A stretch of 64,000 nucleotides of DNA from Vicinamibacterales bacterium (GTDB lineage Bacteria > Acidobacteriota > Vicinamibacteria > Vicinamibacterales > JAMQPK01). The stretch is taken from positions 293,298 to 357,297 of the forward strand of contig CAWGSZ010000001.1 in assembly GCA_963825295.1 (NCBI GenBank), given 5' to 3'. A program made the position numbers and the translations under genes. This document shows positions 17,032-26,141 of this stretch, one piece after another. The notes under the pieces are model-generated. The model made no database searches. It was given only the letters and a program-made list of their open reading frames with translations, and was not told the DNA's origin. Each line of letters starts with the position of its first letter. Position 1 is the stretch's first letter.

Positions 17032-18502
17032 ATGACTCCAGAACAGCGACGACGCGCGCGTGATTTGTTCGAGGCGGCGGTCGAGCAGGAGCCCGCGGAC
17101 CTGTATCGCTGGCTCGACGAGGCGGCCGCCGATGACTCGCTGGTGCGTGCGGAGGTTCGGTCGCTGCTCGACCATCATTCGCGCGCGGGGTCGTTTCTCG
17201 CGCAGCCCGTGGCCGAAGCCGTTCCTCAGCTCCTCGAGGAGGATCGCGCGATCGCGCCGGGTACGGAGCTCGGTCCCTACACGGTCGTCGGCGAAATCGG
17301 GCGGGGCGGCATGGGACGCGTGTATCTGGCGTCGGACGGCCGGCTCGGCCGCACGGATTGCGCTGAAGGCGCTGCCGCCCGAGCTGACGCGCGATGCCTC
17401 GCATCGCGATCGGCTGCGCCGGGAAGCGCGCGCGGCCGCGCTCCTCACCCATCCGGGGATCTGCACGGTGTTTGCGCTCGAGGAGCTCGAGGGCGAGCTG
17501 TACATCGCCACCGAGTTCGTCGAAGGGCACACGATGCGCGAAGAGATCGGCACCACGCGACCGTCGCTCGAGACGATCCTGGCCACGGCGCGCGATCTCG
17601 CCTCGGCACTGGCGGGCGCCCACGGCAAAGGCGTGACGCATCGCGACCTCAAGCCGGAAAACGTGATGCGCACGGCGGACGGCCGCATCAAGATCCTGGA
17701 TTTCGGCCTCGCGCGCGTCGAGACCGTGCCCGGCGGCATTGCGGCGACGCTGACCGCGTCGCTCCCGGGCGCCATCGCCGGCACTCCCGCATACATGTCT
17801 CCCGAACAGATCGAAGGGCGGACGGCCGGCCCCGGCGCCGACGTCTTTGCGTTCGGGGTGCTGATGTACGAGTGGATCTCGGGCCGTCATCCATTCCTGG
17901 CCGGCTCGCCGCTGGCCACGCTGGCACGCGTGCTCGACAGCAACCCGGACCCGCTGACGACGGTGGCAACCGTCCCGGCGTGGCTGTCGAATGTCATCGA
18001 CCGGTGTCTGCGGAAGTCGGTCACCGATCGGTACGCGTCTGCGTCCGAGCTGCTGTACGCGCTGGACCATCCCACGATCGTCGAGCCGCCGACGGTGCGC
18101 AGCAGCACGTGGTGGCGCACGCATCAGGTCGTGGCGATCGGTCTTTACATCGTTGCGATGGCCCACGCATGGCAGATCAAGGAGTGGTTGCGCAACCCGA
18201 CATCGCTCTGGGTGTTCGTCGTGATGGGCATTGCCGCCTCGGTGGGTGGCATCGTTCGCGGCCATCTCGTCTTTACCGACGCGATGAACCGGTCGCACCT
18301 GCCAGGCGAACTTTCCAGGACCAACCGGGTGCGGCTCTTCACCGATGGGCTGCTGGCCACGCTGTTGAGCGTCGATGCGCTGCTGCTGGCATGGCAGTGG
18401 CCGCTGACCGCGGTGCTGACGCTCGCGCTCGCCGCCGGCATCATGCTGGCCGCGGTGCTGATGGAACCGGCCACGACTACTGCGTTACTGGATCCCCAAT
18501 AG
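17032..18502 (+). pseudogene. Ser/Thr protein kinase with a C-terminal multi-TM region, frame broken near 17356
   Basis: The N-terminal part sits in the frame of ORF 16345..18510 (..GEIGRGGMGRVYLASDGRLGRT). The rest sits in ORF 17060..18502 (IALKALP..HRDLKPENV..DFGLAR). One extra G at about 17356 separates them. An alternative start is 16945. Confidence 0.75.
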
Positions 18503-19076
18503 TGCGTTAGGTGCGACGCTTGCGCGCGGGCCCGGGCCAGCGGTTCCACTCGGGATCCGGCCGCTCCTTTACGGAGTTCCGGAAGCGACTCGTCGCGACG
18601 AACGCCCGCTTTTCTAGATTCAGGGCGGAAGCGATCTCTTCGTCCTCACGTAGCCATTGTCGAGCGCCTCGCCCAGTTCGTCCTCAACCTCATTGAGCGA
18701 TGTTAGAGAGGTTGCAAGAAAGTTCGCAATGTCGCGGTGAGTTCTTCGGCCAAATCCCTCCGCAATCATCCTCCGCGCTGACGCCGCTGCATCCCTGAGC
18801 TGGTCGCGCAGGTCCCGGTCTTGACGGAATACGGGCTTTGAGCTGATTCGAAACACCTCCCTTTGAAGTGCACGAGCGAGCTTCCAGCACGTCAATTCCG
18901 AGAAATGTCGCACGCCCATGCGCGACCGAACTGCACGCGCGATGCCGCCCTCCTGTGGGAATTTTCAGGGAAGTCGTGGCCCTTGCGATATGGTGTGGCA
19001 CTTCTTGCTCAACCCGTTGGCATTTTCCACACGATCGCCCGCACCCAACGCACCCGTCGCACCCAACGCACCTATA
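18501..19076. mobile_element. hypothesised IVS-like cassette: inverted GGTGCG nonamer arms enclosing a four-helix-bundle gene
   Basis: Left arm AGTGCGTTAGGTGCGACG (18501-18518) matches the reverse complement of 19055-19072 (GGTGCGTTGGGTGCGACG) at 16 of 18 positions. The right arm has 4 nonamers (19041-19076). The interior gene has lower GC3. Confidence 0.4.
18620..18919 (-). CDS. four-helix-bundle protein (23S rRNA intervening-sequence protein / Avd-like family)
   Basis: Family pattern ..CWKLARAL..LRDQLRDAAASARRMIAEGFGRRTHRDIANFLATSLTSLNEVEDEL.. Confidence 0.75.
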   Translation of the reverse strand: MGVRHFSELTCWKLARALQREVFRISSKPVFRQDRDLRDQLRDAAASARRMIAEGFGRRTHRDIANFLATSLTSLNEVEDELGEALDNGYVRTKRSLPP

Positions 19077-19078
19077 GA

Positions 19079-19843
19079 ATGTGTCGCGTGTCCTTTCCCG
19101 TCATCTTTCTCGCTGCGTTCGTGGCCGGCGCCATCAACTCCGTTGCCGGTGGCGGCACGCTGCTCACGTTTCCCTCGCTCATCTGGGTCGGCTTGCCCTC
19201 GACGATTGCGAACGCGACCAGCACAGTGGCGATCTGGCCCGGCTCGCTGGGCGGGATGTGGGGATACCGCCGCGACCTGGAAGGCGTGCCGAAATCGAGT
19301 TACATGCTGATCGGTCCGAGCCTCGTGGGCGGCATAGTCGGCGCCGTGCTCATGGTGCTGACGCCGACCGACGTCTTCGATCGGCTGATTCCGCTGCTGA
19401 TCGTGTTCGCGACCGTGCTCTTCATGCTGCAGGAGCCCGTGCAGCGGCTCATCAAGACGACGGGGAAGACGCACGCCGGATCGACGAACTGGCTCCTCGG
19501 CGCGCTCGTCTTTCAGTTTTTCGTCTCGGTGTATGGCGGCTACTTCGGCGCGGGGATCGGCATCCTCATGCTCGCCGCGTTCGGCATCATGGGATTCACC
19601 GACATCCATCAGATGAACGGCCTCAAGACATTTCTCGCGCTGTGTATCAACGGCGTCGCCGCCGGGTACTTCATCTGGAACGGGATGGTCTCGTGGCCTC
19701 ATACGCTGGTGATGGCGGTGGGCGCCATTGCCGGTGGAGTGTGGGGAGCGGGCATGGCCCGCCGCATCGGCCCGAAAGGCGTGCGCAGAATTGTCATCGC
19801 CGTCGGGTTCACGATGGCGTTTTCGCTTCTGTTCCGCCTGTAA
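19079..19843 (+). CDS. TauE/SafE (TSUP, DUF81) family anion exporter
   Basis: Multi-TM protein with AGGGTLLTFP and GGYFGAGIGILML motifs. ATG at 19079 lies directly after the nonamer array. Confidence 0.8.
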   Translation: MCRVSFPVIFLAAFVAGAINSVAGGGTLLTFPSLIWVGLPSTIANATSTVAIWPGSLGGMWGYRRDLEGVPKSSYMLIGPSLVGGIVGAVLMVLTPTDVFDRLIPLLIVFATVLFMLQEPVQRLIKTTGKTHAGSTNWLLGALVFQFFVSVYGGYFGAGIGILMLAAFGIMGFTDIHQMNGLKTFLALCINGVAAGYFIWNGMVSWPHTLVMAVGAIAGGVWGAGMARRIGPKGVRRIVIAVGFTMAFSLLFRL

Positions 19844-19972
19844 GTCAGCCGATCGCAGGACTTCTTCCGTCGTGACGCGAGAGCCGCGGCGAGGTTTAAC
19901 CCGATCGTTACAGGTCGGCCACCGCGGCGTTAGGGGCATTGCCCATAGTGGTGGTGGGAGTGAGCCGCCGCC

Positions 19973-20743
19973 GTGACCTTCACCGTCATCGTTTGCGCCT
20001 ACAACGAAGAGCAACTGCTGCCTGGCTGTCTGCAGTCGCTGCTTCAACAGTCGCCCCGGCCGCACGAAATCATCGTCATCAACAATGCCAGCACGGATGG
20101 CACAGCCGCCGCCGCCTCGCATGCCGGGCATCACGGTGGTGGACGAGCCTCGAAAGGGCCTGGTCATCGCCCGCGAGACCGGACGCCGCGTGTCAACAGG
20201 CGACGTGCTCGTCTACGTTGATGCCGACTGCCGCGTGCCGCGCGACTGGCTGCGGTGCGTGGCGCGCGAGTTCGAAGGCCCCAACCCGCCCGTCGCCGTC
20301 ACGGGGCCGTATCGCTTCTACGACTGGGATCTCTTCGGACGCGTGCTGCTCCGGATGTACGACTACAGCCTTGCGCCGGCGACCCACGTGCTCGCGCAAT
20401 ACGTGTTCGGGCTCGGCGCCGTGCTGTACGGCGGGAACTTCGCCGTCACGCGCCAGGCGCTCGACGCCATCGGCGGATTCGACACGACGATCGAGTTCCA
20501 CGGCGAAGACACGAATCTCGCCCGCCGCGTGTCGAAAGCGGGGCGCGTCCGGCTGAAGCCAGGCTTGCTGGGTGTTACACCTCCGCGCGCCGCTACAAGT
20601 CGATGGGGCGCGCCAGGGTGTTCGGTCTCTACGCGAGGAACTTCTGCGCGGAAATCTTCTTTCATCGCCCGTCCGACACGACCCACGAGGACGTGCGCAG
20701 CTTAATCAATTATGCCTGGATACGAACCTTACCTGCTGTGTGA
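19973..20743 (+). pseudogene. family-2 glycosyltransferase, at least 2 frameshifts
   Basis: TFTVIVCAYNEE..IIVINNASTDGT (frame 1), then PGITVVDEPRKG..VYVDADC..GGNFAV.. (frame 2), then YTSARRYKSMGRARVF (frame 3). Shifts lie at about 20110 (GCC run) and about 20570. Confidence 0.7.
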
Positions 20744-21450
20744 CTTTCACGTGCATACCACGTGGAGCGATGGCCGTCTGACGCTGCGCGAAGTGGTCGA
20801 TCTCTACGGCCAGACGGAAAAGTTCGACGTGCTCGCGATTACCGATCACATCCTCTGCAAGAAGGATCTGCTCGGGCGCATCGGCCGCATCGCGACGCTC
20901 GGTAAGCGGCAGTTCTCGATTACACCCGAAAGCTTCGACGACTACATGGCCGACATCGAGAAGGAAGCGCCCGCGCGAAACGGCAGTACGGCATGCTCGT
21001 CGTGCCGGGCGCCGAGGTCACGCAGAACCACTCCGCGCCAAGCACAATTCGCACATCGTGGCGCTCGGCCTGAAGAAATTCATCAGCGCCGACCTGAAGG
21101 CCAAAGAGATTCTCGAGGAGATCCGGCGGCAGGACGCGGTCAGCATCGCGTGCCACCCCATCACCGGACGACGACCAGGATGGAAATCGGCACGTGCCAT
21201 CTGTGGGACCATCGCAAGGAGCTCGCCGCATCTGGTCGACGTGTGGGAGGCCGCCAATCGCGACGATCTGTTTTCCGTGACCAGCCTGAAGCACTATCCG
21301 TATGTCGCGAACAGCGATTTCCACAAGCCGAAGCACCTCTACTCGTGGAAAACGCTGGTGAGGTCCGCGAAAACCTGGCTCGCGGTCAAAGCCGCCCTCA
21401 AGGCAAACGTCGACATCGCCATCACGCTGTTCCGGAAAGAGCCCTGCTAG
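20712..21450 (+). pseudogene. PHP-domain phosphoesterase, multiple frameshifts
   Basis: CDFHVHTTWSDG..LAITDH (frame a), AKRQYGMLVVPGAEVTQNH (frame b), NSHIVALGLKKFISAD..VWEAANRDDLF..VANSDFHKPKHL (frame c). Shifts lie at about 20972 and about 21030, with possibly two more in 21150-21230. Confidence 0.65.
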
Positions 21451-21480
21451 TCGCGCGCCTGTAGACTATCGACAGTCGAC

Positions 21481-22387
21481 GTGCGAATCGCCATCATCAT
21501 CAACCCCATATCCGGGCCCGCCCGCCGCGGCCGTGGCCCCGCGAGCGTGTCGAGATAGCTCGCCGCGCGATCGACCGGCTTGGTCGTGACAGGGGACGTC
21601 CATCTGACCGAACATGCCGGGCATGCCCACGAGCTGGCCAGCGACGGCGGCATGACGGGTGCGGAGCTCGTCGTGGCATGGGGCGGCGACGGCACCATCA
21701 ACGAAGTCGGCCGCGCCCTGGTTCAGCTCGAAGCCGAAGGCGGCGCGACGACGCCGCGGCTCTTGGCATCGTGCCCGGCGGATCCGGCAACGGGCTTGCC
21801 CGCGAGTTGAGGATTCCATTCAATCCAGAGCTCGCGATCGAGCGCGCGATGCGGGCGCACCGCGAGCTGATCGATGTGGGAGAGATGGGCGACCGCCTGT
21901 TTTTCAACGTGGCCGGCGTCGGTCTCGATGCGCACGTCGCGGCGCTCGTCTCGACACGGGTGCATCACCGCGGCCTGGTGCCGTATCTTGCGGCGAGCTT
22001 CGGCGATCTCGTTCAATACACTTGGCAGGCGAATACACAGTCGAGTTCGAGAATCGAACAGAGCAGATGAGAGCGGTGATCATCGCGGTCGCCAACTCGA
22101 AGCAGTACGGCTTCGGTGCGACAATCGCGCCCGCCGCAAGGCTCGACGATGGGCTCCTCGACATGATCGCCATTGAAGATCGTGGGATCGCGGGTAACCT
22201 CGTGAGGGTGCCAGCGTTGTTCACGGGCCGTCTCGATCGCCGGGCGGGTGTCCGGTCGGCCAGAGTCCGTCAGCTCGTCATCCGGTCGAAGAGCCCGATG
22301 CTGTTCCATGTAGATGGAGAAGCCGTTCAGGGCGGCGACGTGCTTTCCGTACACGTTCACCCGGCGGCCCTCCGTCTGCGGGCATAG
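21481..22387 (+). pseudogene. diacylglycerol/lipid kinase (YegS/DagK family), disrupted
   Basis: RIAIIINPISG.., VAWGGDGTINEV, LGIVPGGSGNGLAREL and a C-terminal ..MLFHVDGE.. lie in three frames. There is an in-frame TAG at 21556-21558 (or a compensating shift pair), with shifts at about 21755 and about 22022. Confidence 0.65.
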
Positions 22388-22421
22388 CCGGTCGGGCCCT
22401 GTGTAACAAGTCTGCACATGG

Positions 22422-22814
22422 TTGACAGTGCGAGGGGTGGTCGATAAGCTGGCTCGAATGTTCCACGAGACGTCGTGGATTCGCCGGGCCGGTGTCGTCA
22501 TCGCCCTGCTCGCCAGCTTCGGTGCGGGCATGGTGTCGCTGCCGCATGCCGACGGGGCAAACAATCCTGCGTGCAGCCCGGTTGTGGTTGCGCACGACGC
22601 CCGTGCCCACCACTTCTCAGACAATCCCGCACAGGAACAGCGCCACACCGACCACTGCTTCCTCTGTCACTCGCTGCGCTCGTTCCATCCGGCGTTCGAG
22701 GAATTCGAACTCTACGTTCCAGCGCCCCGCACTCAACAACTCCAGGCCGCATCCATCCATCGTGCGAGCACGGTCGAATGGACGCTCGTCCCGGGGCGCG
22801 CGCCTCCCGTTTAG
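22422..22814 (+). CDS. hypothetical small membrane protein with a His/Cys cluster
   Basis: One N-terminal TM segment (AGVVIALLASFGAGMV) and HTDHCFLCHSLRSFHP. It sits immediately upstream of a TonB-dependent receptor. Confidence 0.45.
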   Translation: MTVRGVVDKLARMFHETSWIRRAGVVIALLASFGAGMVSLPHADGANNPACSPVVVAHDARAHHFSDNPAQEQRHTDHCFLCHSLRSFHPAFEEFELYVPAPRTQQLQAASIHRASTVEWTLVPGRAPPV

Positions 22815-22930
22815 CCCTTCTTCGGTTTCGGAATTGGAGCGTCAGGTGACGTCGCAGCGCGGTTTGCGATCGCTCGCGTCGTCCTGACGGTCCAGTCTCG
22901 TCATTCACATTCCAACTGGGAAGGTGTGCC

Positions 22931-25204
22931 ATGAAACGCTCGTTTTTATCTGCGTTGATGCTTGCGTTCGCCGCGTCTGCGTCGGCTCAGCCTGTTTCCG
23001 CGCTGGAGGGCCGGTTGCTGAACTCGCTGTCCGGCGATCCAATCGCGGGGGCAACGGTGGTGCTCGAGGAGCTCAAGACTGAAACGACGTCCGCCCCCGA
23101 TGGGTCGTTCCGGTTCGACCGGCTGGCGCCTGGCCGCTATCACGTATCGGTCCGCACGCAGGGATATTCGAACCGCCGGACCGAGGTCGTCGTATCGATC
23201 GAACGCGCCCAGGTCGACGTTCGCGTCGATCCCGATCTGCACTTCCAGGAGGTGACGTCGGTCAGCGCCGATACGCGCAGCCAGTTCGACGTCATGCAGC
23301 CGACCTCTGTGCTCGCCGGCCAGGAGCTGAGCAAGCAGCTCGAAAGCTCGCTCGGGGCGACGCTCGAGGCATTGCCCGGCGTTGCGGTCCGCAGCTTCGG
23401 ACCGGCGCCTTCACGGCCAGTCATCCGGGGTCTCGACGGCGACAGGGTGTTGATTCTGCAGGACGGCCAGCGCACCGGCGACCTGTCGAGCCAGTCGGGC
23501 GACCACGGCGTGAGCCTCAATCCGGCCGCCGCGGAGACCATCGAAGTGGTACGCGGCCCCGCGACGTTACTGTATGGCGCGAATGCGATCGGCGGCCTGG
23601 TGAACGTCATCACCAACGACATTCCGACGCGACCCGTTCAGCGCCCGTCGGGCCAGGTGACGTTCGACGCGGGAACCGCGGCCAACGAAGGCGGCGGCGC
23701 CGGACAGGTTCAGCTGGGCAACGGCAGGTTCGCCGTCAATGTGGGCGGCGGAGGCCGCCGGTCGGACGATTTCACGACGCCGGAAGGCGACGTGACGAAT
23801 TCGCAATCGCGAAACGGATTTGCCACGGTCGGCGCTGGATGGACCGGCGAGAAGGCGCAGGTTGGCGGCAGCTACGGATACGAGGACACCAAGTACGGGA
23901 TACCGGTCGTCGAGGGGGGCGTCATTCAACTCACGCCGCGACGGCACGCGCTGACCTTTCGCGCGGGCGCCGAGCGATTGACGGGCGCATTCGAGGCGTT
24001 TCGCGCCACGCTGGCCAATCGCCGCTACAAGCACGAAGAGCTCGAGGGCGAGAACGTCGGCACAGCATTCACGAACAACACGACCGAGTTCCAGACGATG
24101 GGCTCGCATCGCGCGGTCGGCCGCATGAAAGGGAGCATCGGTGCATGGGTGCTCGACCGCGCCTTCACGGCCACAGGCGCCGAGGCTTTGTCGCCGGCCG
24201 TCGATCAAGGCGGATTCGCCGCGTTCGCCTATGAAGAAGTCACCTGGCCGCACGTCACGCTTCAGTTCGCCGGCCGCGCCGATCACACGGGCTACACTCC
24301 TGCAGGAGAAACCAGGCGCGACTTCACCAACGGCTCGGTTTCCGGTGGCGTGGTGTTGCGGCCGGCGGCGGCCGACGATCGGCTGACGATTGCGGCCAGC
24401 TTCGCCTTTGCCGCACGCCCGCCCGCGCTCGAAGAGCTGTTCTTCTTCGGCCTGCATCCCGGCAACTTCGCCGTGGAAGTCGGCAATCCGAACCTGAAAT
24501 CCGAACGCGCATTGGGCGTCGATCTCTCGCTGCGCTGGCGCGCCGCGCGCGCGTCGGGCGAGGTGACCTACTTCCGGAATGACATCAACGACTACATTTT
24601 CCGGCGTCAGATGGACGCTGAGGAGTTCGAGGCGCGCCACGATGAGTTCGTCGAGCGTTTCGAGGGCCGCGAGCCTGCCGGACTGGACGAAGGCGCGGGT
24701 GAAGGTGAAGGCGCGGGTGAAGTTGAAGGCGGTGGAGGACCCGAACCTGAGATCGCTTACATCGAGTACATCGGCGCCGACTCGGTGCTGGACGGCATCG
24801 AGTCGCACGCGGACTTTCAGCTGACCTCCACGCTATCGGCCGAGCTCGGCCTCGATATCGTTCGCGGGTCGTTGAAAGCTGACGATTCGCCGCTGCCGCG
24901 CATCCCGCCGCTCAAGTTCCGAGGCGGACTGCGATATCAGCACAACGCGCTGCAGGTTGGCGGGCAAGTCATTGCCGCGGCCAGCCAGGATCGTCTGTCG
25001 GTGAACGAAACAGCGACCGACGGCTACACGCTGCTGAAGCTCTACGGTTCGTACTCATTCGGCGGCGCCGGCGCCGTGCAGACGATCACGGCCCGCCTGG
25101 ACAATGTCACGAACCAGCTGTATCGGAACCACCTATCCCTGATCAAGGACGTGGTGCCCGAGATGGGGCGCAATTTCAGAGTGGTCTACGCCGTCCGATT
25201 CTGA
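22931..25204 (+). CDS. TonB-dependent receptor with an N-terminal CarboxypepD_reg-like domain
   Basis: Signal peptide, GRLLNSLSGDPIAGATVV..APDGSFRFDRLAPGRYHV, plug region PVIRGLDGDRVLILQDG, and a C-terminus ..RVVYAVRF. Confidence 0.9.
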   Translation: MKRSFLSALMLAFAASASAQPVSALEGRLLNSLSGDPIAGATVVLEELKTETTSAPDGSFRFDRLAPGRYHVSVRTQGYSNRRTEVVVSIERAQVDVRVDPDLHFQEVTSVSADTRSQFDVMQPTSVLAGQELSKQLESSLGATLEALPGVAVRSFGPAPSRPVIRGLDGDRVLILQDGQRTGDLSSQSGDHGVSLNPAAAETIEVVRGPATLLYGANAIGGLVNVITNDIPTRPVQRPSGQVTFDAGTAANEGGGAGQVQLGNGRFAVNVGGGGRRSDDFTTPEGDVTNSQSRNGFATVGAGWTGEKAQVGGSYGYEDTKYGIPVVEGGVIQLTPRRHALTFRAGAERLTGAFEAFRATLANRRYKHEELEGENVGTAFTNNTTEFQTMGSHRAVGRMKGSIGAWVLDRAFTATGAEALSPAVDQGGFAAFAYEEVTWPHVTLQFAGRADHTGYTPAGETRRDFTNGSVSGGVVLRPAAADDRLTIAASFAFAARPPALEELFFFGLHPGNFAVEVGNPNLKSERALGVDLSLRWRAARASGEVTYFRNDINDYIFRRQMDAEEFEARHDEFVERFEGREPAGLDEGAGEGEGAGEVEGGGGPEPEIAYIEYIGADSVLDGIESHADFQLTSTLSAELGLDIVRGSLKADDSPLPRIPPLKFRGGLRYQHNALQVGGQVIAAASQDRLSVNETATDGYTLLKLYGSYSFGGAGAVQTITARLDNVTNQLYRNHLSLIKDVVPEMGRNFRVVYAVRF

Positions 25205-25212
25205 CGCGTCGG

Positions 25213-25296
25213 TTGGTCGATGGGCAAAGGGCGGCGGGCGATGGTCTCTTGTGGATCGACCATGGCCCATCGACCCTTGACCATCGCCCATCGACT
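25213..25296. repeat. inverted heptamer array (GGCGATG / CCATCGC type) between convergent genes
   Basis: GTCGATGGGC (25216-25225) is the reverse complement of GCCCATCGAC (25286-25295). There are internal 7-nt units on both arms. The array overlaps the stop of the minus-strand gene at 25295. Confidence 0.8.
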
Positions 25297-26107
25297 ACGG
25301 CCGTGCCAGCGCCTGGCGTACCTTTTCCAGGGTGAACGTCAGCGACTCCCTCGGCATCTGCGTGACGATGGGACGGATGATCCAGGCAAGGGCGAACGGC
25401 ACGTCGCGAGTAAGCGTGAGCGATTCGCACTGGATATACGTCCCGCCGTCGCGCTCTGCGAATCGCCAGTAGGTGTTGAGATTCCACATGAAGCCGTTCT
25501 CGTCGGCGGGAGCTTTCGGTTTTTCCTGCGGCGTCCCGACATCGGCGATCTCGGTGGTCCTGGTGCTGCGGATGCGGCTGTAGGCGCGATCGTCGGAGGG
25601 GCGGAAGAACTCCGCCTCGTTTTCCGTATCCATCGTGACGGTAATGATCTTCTTGACGTGAAAGCGCAGCGCCACACGGAAGCGGTCGCCGTGATGCTCC
25701 AGGGTCTTCGAGCGTGCGATAGCGGGCGCGAAATACCTGGAGTGGCGATCGTAGTCCTGCATCAGCGCCACGGCGTCTTTCACGGTGATGCGCGGAACGA
25801 AGACCGTACCGACCCAGTGATGGATGAGGCCATCAGAGACCTCGATGTCCTTCGATCCATCGCGTGTCTGCAGCCGTTCGATGGTGACGCCGCCCTGCTG
25901 CAGCCCTTTGACGATTTCGTTTCGCCGGTTCGCGGGCAGCGTGTCTATCCACAGGAACTCCCGCGGACGCGCCACTTCGGCATCGATGCGCTGTTCGGTC
26001 AGCCGCGCGTACCGAGTGAAGGCTGCCGCCGTGGCCGGCGTCAGCTCGGTGGCCGAGACCGCTGTGTACGAAACAAGACAGAGTGTGATCGCCAGTCTTC
26101 TCGCCAT
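25295..26107 (-). CDS. hypothetical secreted protein
   Basis: Signal-like N-terminus and coding-like composition. No motif recognised. It is the last gene of the TolC / VWFA-type string. Confidence 0.55.
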   Translation of the reverse strand: MARRLAITLCLVSYTAVSATELTPATAAAFTRYARLTEQRIDAEVARPREFLWIDTLPANRRNEIVKGLQQGGVTIERLQTRDGSKDIEVSDGLIHHWVGTVFVPRITVKDAVALMQDYDRHSRYFAPAIARSKTLEHHGDRFRVALRFHVKKIITVTMDTENEAEFFRPSDDRAYSRIRSTRTTEIADVGTPQEKPKAPADENGFMWNLNTYWRFAERDGGTYIQCESLTLTRDVPFALAWIIRPIVTQMPRESLTFTLEKVRQALARP

Positions 26108-26141
26108 TACTGATGAATGCGTAATACGAGAATACTCCGGC

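Noticed and set aside
16345-18510. 721-aa ORF spanning the sigma factor and kinase region.
   Set aside because: Only its segment at about 17032-17356 reads as real protein (the kinase N-terminus). The rest is out of frame with the sigma factor and the kinase catalytic domain.
18620-18919. Four-helix-bundle genes as Avd components of a diversity-generating retroelement (also 62859..63233).
   Set aside because: There is no reverse transcriptase gene and no template/variable repeat pair anywhere nearby in the window.
21556-21558. In-frame TAG in the lipid kinase gene as pyrrolysine or programmed read-through.
   Set aside because: There is no pyl gene context. The gene has additional frameshifts and its neighbours are also broken. 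A nonsense mutation or an error pair is the simpler explanation.
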